Positions 49,748 to 57,414 of a stretch of DNA of 64,000 nucleotides are shown here, piece after piece. Below the pieces are notes generated by a model. That model was not told the origin of the DNA, made no database searches, and worked only from the letters and a program-made list of their open reading frames with translations. Location of the stretch: the IMG/VR virus record IMGVR_UViG_3300002125_000001. One strand, written 5' to 3'. The position numbers and the translations under genes were made by a program. Origin of the DNA: an uncultured virus (IMG/VR IMGVR_UViG_3300002125_000001) (lineage: Duplodnaviria > Heunggongvirae > Uroviricota > Caudoviricetes). How positions within the stretch are numbered: the first letter of the stretch is position 1; the number at the start of each line of letters is the position of its first letter.

Positions 49748-50110
49748 CTAAAATAAGTACCCCCACTTATCAAACTTATGCGTATTTTTGAACGCGATTG
49801 CTTCTTGAGCCGTTATATTATCCATATCTTCGATATACGCTGTTTGTTTGCCGCCATCGGGGTCTGAAACGGCAATCCCACACCTGTCCGTTCCTTGAAC
49901 AGGGTGTAGCGAAAAAACGTAATGTCTGTCTGGACGCAATTCTGATAAAGAGATTAAGCCGCTCGGAAAGTTTTCTACGGAAACGTCTTGGAACGCGGCG
50001 TTTACGCTCACGGCGCGCAGGCTACGGTCATCAAACGTAAACATAGCGGGTATGCCAAATGCCGCGTTCTGCTGCGTCTGCAACTGCGAAAAAAGAGGGA
50101 TAGAATCCAT
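49748..50110 (-). CDS. class C leader + cargo X
   Basis: MDSIPLFSQLQ...AAFQDVSVEN|FP; cargo ends FKNTHKFDKW. Confidence 0.75.
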   Translation of the reverse strand: MDSIPLFSQLQTQQNAAFGIPAMFTFDDRSLRAVSVNAAFQDVSVENFPSGLISLSELRPDRHYVFSLHPVQGTDRCGIAVSDPDGGKQTAYIEDMDNITAQEAIAFKNTHKFDKWGYLF

Positions 50111-50121
50111 ACTGATTTCCT

Positions 50122-50481
50122 TTACAATCGTCTCAAAATGCCCTTGCGAACTGCGTCGTTTATTTTACTCTTTACTTCACGTTCCAATTGGGCCATACTG
50201 ATTTCATCGTCTGGCCGACGCGCCTTCACGCCTTCCAATTTGAACCGCATCTTTTCGCCCACCCGGTTCATCACAAGTGTGCCGATAGTGCGTCGTAGAT
50301 TCTCCTGTGTCGCGAGCGGTATTTTACGATTCTGTCGTTCTCTGGGGTCTCGCCGGTCCGTAACGCCCTTCTTGCGAAGTTCGGCAAGCACTTCATTTTT
50401 TACAAACTGCTCTACTTTATTCGTTACTCGTTGTCGGACCGCCTTGTGTATAGCGGCTTCTATCGTCTTTTGTAGACTCAT
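50122..50481 (-). CDS. basic protein, possibly an HK97-gp10-like neck/tail completion protein
   Basis: IPLATQENLRRTI resembles PvxTGxLRxSI. Confidence 0.4.
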   Translation of the reverse strand: MSLQKTIEAAIHKAVRQRVTNKVEQFVKNEVLAELRKKGVTDRRDPRERQNRKIPLATQENLRRTIGTLVMNRVGEKMRFKLEGVKARRPDDEISMAQLEREVKSKINDAVRKGILRRL

Positions 50482-50483
50482 AG

Positions 50484-50828
50484 CTATCTTTGCATAAGAG
50501 CTTGTTTGATACTTGCCACATCCTGCTCCAAACGATCAAATCGCGTATTTGTGTCGTTATGCAACCGTTCTATTTTTGCGTCTACGTTTGCGAAACCGTT
50601 CTTTGTAGCAATTTCCAAATTATCAATTCGGGCTTCAAGGCCATCGACCCGCTTGCTCAAATTCTGGCCCCATTGTGGCATAGGAAGGTTACCCTGGACG
50701 GACGCGGGGGAACCGACGGGGTTCACGCCCGGCGCGTTCTCAATCGTATTGAACGCGCCCAAATTCGACAATCCGACGTTTCCGGTTCCAAGCGATTCAA
50801 ACATCCCAATATCTGCGAGTTTTTCCAT
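50484..50828 (-). CDS. class A leader + coiled-coil cargo Y (paralog of 48517..48864)
   Basis: MEKLADIGMFESL...GAFNTIEN; RIDNLEIATKNGFANVDAK. Confidence 0.75.
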   Translation of the reverse strand: MEKLADIGMFESLGTGNVGLSNLGAFNTIENAPGVNPVGSPASVQGNLPMPQWGQNLSKRVDGLEARIDNLEIATKNGFANVDAKIERLHNDTNTRFDRLEQDVASIKQALMQR

Positions 50829-50857
50829 AATTATCACTTCCGTAAAAGTTGTATTTG

Positions 50858-51250
50858 CTATTGTGGCAATTCGTCGGGCGAGCCGCTACCAAAACTAGGC
50901 GAGCCGATAAGGGCTGGCGGGCCGCCTGAGGGGACGCTCGGCGTGTCTGAGGACTGGTCATTCCCCATACCGCCTTTTTGCAGGTCGGCCACGGCGGTCC
51001 GCGTACCACGCATACCAGCATCCAATCTATTATTCAACTCGTCAAGAACCCCCTCAAGTTTCGCTTGTTCGGCCTCGGCCTCGGCGTCCGCCCGGAGCCT
51101 GCGAAGCGAATCAATTTGCGTCATCCAACTTTCGACGCTTGTTTTAATATCCTCAACAGTCGCGTTAAACACGGACATGGGCGACATCATGCGCCGGTTC
51201 GCGCTCGATTGGAGATTCTCAAACATTGAAATATCGGCAAGTTTTTCCAT
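50858..51250 (-). CDS. class A leader + helical cargo
   Basis: MEKLADISMFENLQSSANRRMMSPMSVFN. Confidence 0.75.
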   Translation of the reverse strand: MEKLADISMFENLQSSANRRMMSPMSVFNATVEDIKTSVESWMTQIDSLRRLRADAEAEAEQAKLEGVLDELNNRLDAGMRGTRTAVADLQKGGMGNDQSSDTPSVPSGGPPALIGSPSFGSGSPDELPQ

Positions 51251-51262
51251 AGTAAATCCTCA

Positions 51263-51532
51263 TTAAATATCAATGATTTCGTTGACCGCCTCCGCGGCGG
51301 TCTTCAAATTAAACTGCGCATTCGCAATATCGACGGCGGACGGCGGATGACGACGTGCTTCAAGCTGCAACAAATACAACTCATGTCGCAAATCGTCCCG
51401 CTTCTTCTCCAAACGCCACAGGGCAGCTTCAACTTCTTTGAGCCCCTGCTCCACGGCGTATATTCGATCTGAAATAGACATTATCGGTTCAATAGTCGCT
51501 GGCCGCCTCGAACCTGGCCTTTTCTTTTTCAA
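51263..51532 (-). CDS. small coiled-coil protein (possible partner of 51489..52283)
   Basis: Overlaps or abuts the 3' end of the leader ORF; start uncertain. Confidence 0.5.
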   Translation of the reverse strand: MKKKRPGSRRPATIEPIMSISDRIYAVEQGLKEVEAALWRLEKKRDDLRHELYLLQLEARRHPPSAVDIANAQFNLKTAAEAVNEIIDI

Positions 51533-52283
51533 ACTTAGCTTGATATTCTGCTAACTCTTGCCTCGCTTTTTCAATATATTCGGATTCAGAAACAGGGTCT
51601 TTTGAATAGGGAAACCGCCGCTCCAACTGCGCTAATTTCATCTCAGCCTGTTCAAACCGATCTTGGGCATCAAACATCCAACGTCGTAATGCTGGCGTGT
51701 TTTGGGAATCTTCCCATTTCTTTATCTCGTCAAATTTTGGGATTGTGCGCTTTATATCGTCAAGCTGCTCTTTAATGACAGATGGGCGTTCGTCATAGTC
51801 ACGTTCGTTTCCTTTTTCATCGTATTTATCGGGGTTTCCCGTGGCAATCCTTTTCGCCCGCTCCAATTTGTCGCTTTCGCTTTCTGTTATTTGCCGCTGC
51901 GGTCGATCATCCTCTATCGGCAACTTTTTTTGGACCGGCTGTTGGTCAATTTCGGCCAACAATTGCTGAGCTTTCGCCTGCGTGTCTTTGCCGACACGAC
52001 GGCGGGTAGTTGCGACAGCATCAAAAAACTGACGAGCGACTTCTCTATCTCGTTCGTCCCAGCTACCAATTACGTCCGCCAACGTATCCGGCAACTCCAA
52101 TTGGTTTTGGTCCAACGGACCACTTTCATCTCTTAGCTCGTTTAATTTTTCTTGATAATATGCGGCACGGGCGCCGTTAAACGTATGTTTGTAGTTAAAC
52201 ACGCTCATCTGCGACATGCCCATCGCGTTGTGTGCGCCGGATTGAAGGTTCTCAAACACAGAAAGGTCTGCTAGTTTTTGCAT
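51489..52283 (-). CDS. class A leader + helical cargo
   Basis: MQKLADLSVFENLQSGAHNAMGMSQMSVFN. Confidence 0.75.
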   Translation of the reverse strand: MQKLADLSVFENLQSGAHNAMGMSQMSVFNYKHTFNGARAAYYQEKLNELRDESGPLDQNQLELPDTLADVIGSWDERDREVARQFFDAVATTRRRVGKDTQAKAQQLLAEIDQQPVQKKLPIEDDRPQRQITESESDKLERAKRIATGNPDKYDEKGNERDYDERPSVIKEQLDDIKRTIPKFDEIKKWEDSQNTPALRRWMFDAQDRFEQAEMKLAQLERRFPYSKDPVSESEYIEKARQELAEYQAKFEKEKARFEAASDY

Positions 52284-52406
52284 GGAAAATTCTGCTATTA
52301 AAGTTGTGTGTTGTTTTGTTCCGCCTTATAGGACGACGAAACATGTTTCCTAACTGAAACAAAAAACAAAAGGTTCGTAATGCAAGTTTCCGGGCAAAAA
52401 ACTGCG

Positions 52407-54101
52407 TTAAGCCGCCATTTTGAATTCATCGCCATCTTCTTCCAAACGCGACGCTTCGTCGGCGACGATAAGTTTCTTCAATTCCGGCGACATGTCCAAC
52501 AAAAACGGGTACCGGGACGCCAGCGAATGGAGCTGCGCAAGGTAGACACGTTTCATATCGTCCGACGATTCGCCCAGGTACATCGCCATAGCGTTCCGCG
52601 TCTCGGCGAATACCTCGTTCATCGCCTTCGTAAACGCGGTATCTACGCTTTTTCCGCTTATCGCGTCCGCCCCGTCATCGGTAGTTGACTGGGCGATCCG
52701 CGTAGCATCGGGCAACGAATCGGCTTTGGAATCCCCGTACTTTTTAATATGGGACAACACGGCGGCCTGCGCCGCCTTCAATTCCACGTCAAGGTTTTCC
52801 AACTCACGCAAGTCGGCGGGATCGAGCGGTTTCTTAGCCTTGAGCAATTTTGCGTTCTTTTCCTCCAACTCCGCGATCCGTGTCCGAATGTCTACTGCAA
52901 TAGCACGCAACCGCTTGCGCTCCGCATTCTTTTTTTCAACCTCTTCACTATCGAACGAACCCTTCGGTCGCCCGGTCGAGGCCGACTCCCACAACCCGTC
53001 CTCAGTCTGCCGGAACTTAAACCCGCCACGCGCGTCGTTCAGAAGGTTCAGAATCAACGCCTCATTGAATGAGGTAACGAGTACCTGTGCCGCGTTTCTT
53101 AATTTCTTAACCGTACTTACGAACAGGTCTTCACCCTCTTCCAAATCGTCGGAGGCCACGATTTCGGGGTTATCCTGCATCTCCTCACGAGCGGGCACCT
53201 CCTCAAGAACAATTTCGGGCGTGTCCGGCATAGCTTCGGACAAACTTGCCACTTTCGCGGGACCTGTCGGCGGCTCAATTGTGATTTTGTAACCCTCGGC
53301 TGTTGTAAACGATTGCACGCCGGGCATGACCGGGCCCGCGCCCATTGATTCCAAAGGCGGCGCGACGGCTACTTTTATTTCTGTATGCGCCGTGCCGTGC
53401 GCATTCGCGTTTTTCGCATCGGTGTGTCCCTGTTCTTCTCTAAAAAGTCGTGTAGATTCCATAACCGGCGACCCCGCAAGATAATCATTGTTGATGTACG
53501 TAGTAATGATATTCAACGTTTCTCCCGCTTTCATTTCTTTTCGTTCGTTAATGAGCAACCCGGCCCCATCCGATAGGCTACAAGCGCCCTGTTTACGGGG
53601 CAGGATAGCGAGATGGTCGGCCCGGATGTTGATGATACGCCCGATATACGGTTCGCTATTCCATACGCCCTCATCCATGATGAGTTCGGAGAACAGACCG
53701 GTCGATATTTCCATCGGGAGCCGGTGTTTGATATGCTCAAGCAGGGTAGGGCACTTCTCCTCGGCCTTGCGTCTATCGATCCACGCTTCGGCCTTGAGCT
53801 TACCGTCCACAAAATGCGTATTCATAATCATCCCGACCGCCTGCCGCTTGTAGACTTCGAGATCGGTCGCCGTATCGCCCCGGAACGGATGTTCGATTAC
53901 GACGGGCTTGAAATTCCACATTTTGGGCGTTTTTGCCAACTCTTCGGTATCGTAATAAACGGGCCCCTGCGAGCCGGTATGGACCCCTTCGAGGATCATC
54001 GTCATCGGGGCGACGACGTATTCACGGTCGTCAAGCGTTTCGTACCGAACCGTCGGGTCGATAGTTACGTTCCAAATGGTTTCTATTTTGTTGCGTGGCA
54101 T
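52407..54101 (-). CDS. prohead protease/scaffold (DUF2213-like)
   Basis: PMTMILEGVH..YYDTEEL...WNFKPVVIEHP...EISTG...DHLAILP...GACSLSDGAGLLIN, followed by a long acidic coiled tail. Confidence 0.85.
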   Translation of the reverse strand: MPRNKIETIWNVTIDPTVRYETLDDREYVVAPMTMILEGVHTGSQGPVYYDTEELAKTPKMWNFKPVVIEHPFRGDTATDLEVYKRQAVGMIMNTHFVDGKLKAEAWIDRRKAEEKCPTLLEHIKHRLPMEISTGLFSELIMDEGVWNSEPYIGRIINIRADHLAILPRKQGACSLSDGAGLLINERKEMKAGETLNIITTYINNDYLAGSPVMESTRLFREEQGHTDAKNANAHGTAHTEIKVAVAPPLESMGAGPVMPGVQSFTTAEGYKITIEPPTGPAKVASLSEAMPDTPEIVLEEVPAREEMQDNPEIVASDDLEEGEDLFVSTVKKLRNAAQVLVTSFNEALILNLLNDARGGFKFRQTEDGLWESASTGRPKGSFDSEEVEKKNAERKRLRAIAVDIRTRIAELEEKNAKLLKAKKPLDPADLRELENLDVELKAAQAAVLSHIKKYGDSKADSLPDATRIAQSTTDDGADAISGKSVDTAFTKAMNEVFAETRNAMAMYLGESSDDMKRVYLAQLHSLASRYPFLLDMSPELKKLIVADEASRLEEDGDEFKMAA

Positions 54102-54104
54102 AGT

Positions 54105-54545
54105 CTATTCAGTTTCTTGTTCGGGCACGCCGGGCGGGTAAAGCACATTGGTTTTAGCGATAAAATACGCGCGGACAAACGGGATAGCATCCAAAGTATG
54201 TATCGCAAACGACGAGCATATACTTACCAACCCGCCGTATAGAAACAACGAGACAAGGCAGGGCCACCCGAAAGATGCCGTCGTTAGGCAAAAGTACAAA
54301 ACGCCGACCCAGAACCCGACGCACATCGGACATTGCGCCCCGTACCGCAAACCATCGGTCGGGAGCGAATCCCGCAGCGACTGAAGTATCGCCGAACGGG
54401 TAAGTATATTAACCAAACCGACAAGCGATATAAGTTCAAGTATTGCTATGTTCATTTTCGTTATAAAAGAAGGGGCGACGGCAGAACCGCCGCCCCAACC
54501 ACCTTTTTCCCAAACCTTCTCTTGCGCGGGCAAGAACTCCCGCAC
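54105..54545 (-). CDS. DUF1360-like membrane protein
   Basis: CPMCVGFWVG motif flanked by TM helices; likely start at MNIAILEL. Confidence 0.65.
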   Translation of the reverse strand: MREFLPAQEKVWEKGGWGGGSAVAPSFITKMNIAILELISLVGLVNILTRSAILQSLRDSLPTDGLRYGAQCPMCVGFWVGVLYFCLTTASFGWPCLVSLFLYGGLVSICSSFAIHTLDAIPFVRAYFIAKTNVLYPPGVPEQETE

Positions 54546-54744
54546 CCGTAGTATACCAAATTTTCAGCTACCGTGTAAAAAACGCGCACTAGAGAATTTT
54601 TTTAGCACATTTACCAAAAATATGCCAAAATACACAAGAACAACCATCGAAGTTTACCAAAAATGCGCCGCTTTTACACGGAACGAATTTTTATGATATA
54701 ATGCGAAGGAATCGAATTTCTACTTCTTTCACGGAGACAATAAA

Positions 54745-55278
54745 ATGTTTGCTGATATATCCGTTTTTGAGAATTTACAGCGGGGCGCACACAGCGCTAT
54801 GGGTCTGTCACATATCGCCGTTTTCAACGGGTTCGTTGACGACGAGGCGAAGCGAAGAGCCGAATGGTGCGACGCCGAAATCGGTAAAATGAAACAAGAA
54901 ATAACTGAAATACGCGATGAGCTGCTAAAAGCGCACAATAGCTACAATTTTCAACAGTATTTAATGGAACGTGGCGAAAGCGATAAATCACGAAAGGAAG
55001 AGTTGACAAGAAAAATAGAATACCTTGACGAACGAAACAAGCAACTACAGGCGACGGACACAGATGGAAAATTTGTTACCGTATGTGCAGGAATTGAATC
55101 GTGCCTTGAGGACTTTCAAACACAAATTAGCAGGGCAATAGACAACCCGGCGCGACCAATACCACCAAAAAGACCACCAGGACAATTACCAAAACGCCCT
55201 CCTCAAGGATTTCATAATTCTACGCATGGCACGCCACTCTGTTTAGGGCTCTCCGTGTTTAATAAACCTTCCGAATAG
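54745..55278 (+). CDS. class A leader + coiled-coil cargo, on the plus strand
   Basis: MFADISVFENLQRGAHSAMGLSHIAVFN; GGAG RBS and TATAAT upstream. Confidence 0.75.
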   Translation: MFADISVFENLQRGAHSAMGLSHIAVFNGFVDDEAKRRAEWCDAEIGKMKQEITEIRDELLKAHNSYNFQQYLMERGESDKSRKEELTRKIEYLDERNKQLQATDTDGKFVTVCAGIESCLEDFQTQISRAIDNPARPIPPKRPPGQLPKRPPQGFHNSTHGTPLCLGLSVFNKPSE

Positions 55279-55556
55279 GCTATACGGTGCATGGAAAAAA
55301 ATACGCGGCACATACTATCCGAGTAGCAATTTAATAACTGCTCAGGGGAGAACCACGGATAAAATTCTGAAGCCTCGGCTCTAAAAATATAATTGATAAG
55401 CATATCTACCCTATACCCGTTATGTATGTCAAGACGCACATTTTCACAATCCAAATCTTCCTGTAGCGCCTTTTTCCATTTGTACCGTTGCTCGGCCCTA
55501 GAACGTGGGCCAACCTTTGGAATCTCAGCCAATACCTTATCCAGTTGTGAACCCAT
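55212..55556 (-). CDS. convergent partner of 54745..55278
   Basis: 3' ends overlap by 67 nt; own promoter-like motif at 55595..55623. Confidence 0.55.
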   Translation of the reverse strand: MGSQLDKVLAEIPKVGPRSRAEQRYKWKKALQEDLDCENVRLDIHNGYRVDMLINYIFRAEASEFYPWFSPEQLLNCYSDSMCRVFFSMHRIAYSEGLLNTESPKQSGVPCVEL

Positions 55557-55684
55557 GATACTGCCACGCCTTTCCTGCTTTGAACAATAGCCACAATATG
55601 CCAAAAACAAACGAAAAGATCAAGACGTTCTGAAAACGAAACAGCCGCGATCCCGCCACGTGGCGGGATTCTCAACGGGAAGCA

Positions 55685-56239
55685 TCATTTATCTGCGACC
55701 GCCTGCGAGTAATCGCGGTCCGCGAACAGTTCGGCAAGACCCGAAATCTGCGACAACCGCAGTACCTCGTCCGGCTCCATGCCCAACTCACGGCCGATCT
55801 TTTTATCCGACCAGTTCCGACGCTTCAACTCAACCACAATATCGCTCATAGAAGACACCAGATGAACGCCGCGTGCGCGGTTATGCCGTATGGTCGCCGC
55901 GATACGATCACAGCGATCCGTGCGCGATTCGTTGATAACAACAACCGGTAGATGCGATAGTTTCAATTTGTCTTTGCCGATAATATGACGATGGAAACCG
56001 TCCACTACCTCAAACAAATCGCCATTAAAAAACGTTACGATAGGCTGCGTGAAACCGTCCGCCCTGATCGATAGTTCAAGAAGTTTCAATTCGGGCGTAG
56101 CGACCTTATTGGGGTTGTAGTCGTTCGCAACGACCAACTCGGAGGGCACCCAATAGACCTTTGAAACGGGGTGCTCGCCTGCCCACGCGGGCGCGTGTTC
56201 ATACGCCGAAAAATCGCGTGTATCACCTACAGCCCCCAT
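55685..56239 (-). CDS. ParB/Srx-domain protein, IbrB/YbdM-like
   Basis: ANDYNPNKVA..ELKLLELSI..DGFTQPIV...VVDGFHR...ATIRHNRARG. Confidence 0.9.
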   Translation of the reverse strand: MGAVGDTRDFSAYEHAPAWAGEHPVSKVYWVPSELVVANDYNPNKVATPELKLLELSIRADGFTQPIVTFFNGDLFEVVDGFHRHIIGKDKLKLSHLPVVVINESRTDRCDRIAATIRHNRARGVHLVSSMSDIVVELKRRNWSDKKIGRELGMEPDEVLRLSQISGLAELFADRDYSQAVADK

Positions 56240-57414
56240 GCGGCCCTCCGCTTTTTCATTAAAATTTTGTACTTTTCGTAGGCGTCCGATTTCGTGGGCG
56301 AAAACGAAAGCCCCTTGCACCAATAGTCGTTCCGCAACAGCGCCCGGCATATCCGACGCCAGCTGGGTTTACGATCCGAAACGGCATTTTCTTGTTTAAG
56401 CGGCAACTCATCGGGTATCTCCGCGTACCCGCGATCTCGCCACCATTTCAAAAACACAGCAATTTTGTTCTCGTAATGTTCGCAAAGATGGCCCGGCATG
56501 GAATCGAGCAGCAACCGTGCGAACGCCTGCCACGTGATGCCCGCCGGTTTGGAAACCTTTATATTACCCAATATATTGCCCGACGTTTGCGAATAGAGCG
56601 AGCCCGCGTTCGCACCGTTTACGCGGGCAACGACGCGGGCCCATGTCTCCGGCTCGATCCGGTGGAACAGCCACAAACCTTTCCGCTGATCGTCGCCGTA
56701 AGGCTGACAAATCCGCATCTGATGTATCGAAAGGCCCGCCTTGTGCATCAGATCGTACAACAGGTTATAGGGCAGCCGCGTCTTACCGAAAAAAGTCCAT
56801 ATATCTTCCGTTTTCCAATCGAAGATCGGGTACGCATTGTAGACGCCGCCCGGCATACGGGTCGTCCACGCCTTATTTGCGAACCGTTCTTTGCTCTCGC
56901 TCCAAATGGTACGCCGCCGGTTCAAACTCTCCGCCATCCGGATACCGACAAGGCAACACGTAGAAACGCCGCCACCGTACCATACGCCAAACTGCGGCAC
57001 AAACTCTTCAAACTCCATCCCGTACCGGAAAAAGGGGAAGTCGGCACCCGTCTTCACTGGATAATTGGGCAACGGGCGTACCCAATCTTTTTCACGACCC
57101 GGCTCCCAACAAATCCAACGCGGCTCAAACTGTGAAACGGCGTTACGCAAAAGGATAGGAAGCGTACACCAAAAAGGCTCGATATGCTCCGCGTACAAAG
57201 AAAACAGCTCGGAAACATGCGCAATCGTATGCGCGTACTGGGCCTCCAAATCAATAAAGAACAAGCCGACTTTTCGACCGCGACGGGCCGCTTCTGCCAA
57301 CGCAAGATGCGTCATCACCGACGAATCCTTCCCGCCCGAGAAAGATACGCAAACGCGGTCAAAACTATCGAAGCAAAACGCGATCCGCTCTTGGGCGGCT
57401 TCAAGCACATTCAT
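56227..57414 (-). CDS. PAPS-reductase family protein with DUF3440, IbrA/YbdN-like
   Basis: VSFSGGKDS, FIDLEAQY, GIRMAESLNR, YPIFDWKTEDIW, MRICQPYGDDQRKGL, SWRRIC..LLRNDYWC. Confidence 0.92.
   Translation of the reverse strand: MNVLEAAQERIAFCFDSFDRVCVSFSGGKDSSVMTHLALAEAARRGRKVGLFFIDLEAQYAHTIAHVSELFSLYAEHIEPFWCTLPILLRNAVSQFEPRWICWEPGREKDWVRPLPNYPVKTGADFPFFRYGMEFEEFVPQFGVWYGGGVSTCCLVGIRMAESLNRRRTIWSESKERFANKAWTTRMPGGVYNAYPIFDWKTEDIWTFFGKTRLPYNLLYDLMHKAGLSIHQMRICQPYGDDQRKGLWLFHRIEPETWARVVARVNGANAGSLYSQTSGNILGNIKVSKPAGITWQAFARLLLDSMPGHLCEHYENKIAVFLKWWRDRGYAEIPDELPLKQENAVSDRKPSWRRICRALLRNDYWCKGLSFSPTKSDAYEKYKILMKKRRAAWGL

Noticed and set aside
45343..52283. RiPP precursor cluster or diversity-generating retroelement
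   Set aside because: No modifying enzymes, transporter or reverse transcriptase in the window; cargos are folded-domain sized; repeat differences are synonymous and not adenine-specific.
4630..55669. CRISPR array or integron attC interpretation of the palindromes
   Set aside because: Copies are kilobases apart with no regular spacers, lack attC R-box/extrahelical structure, and no cas or integrase gene is present in the window.
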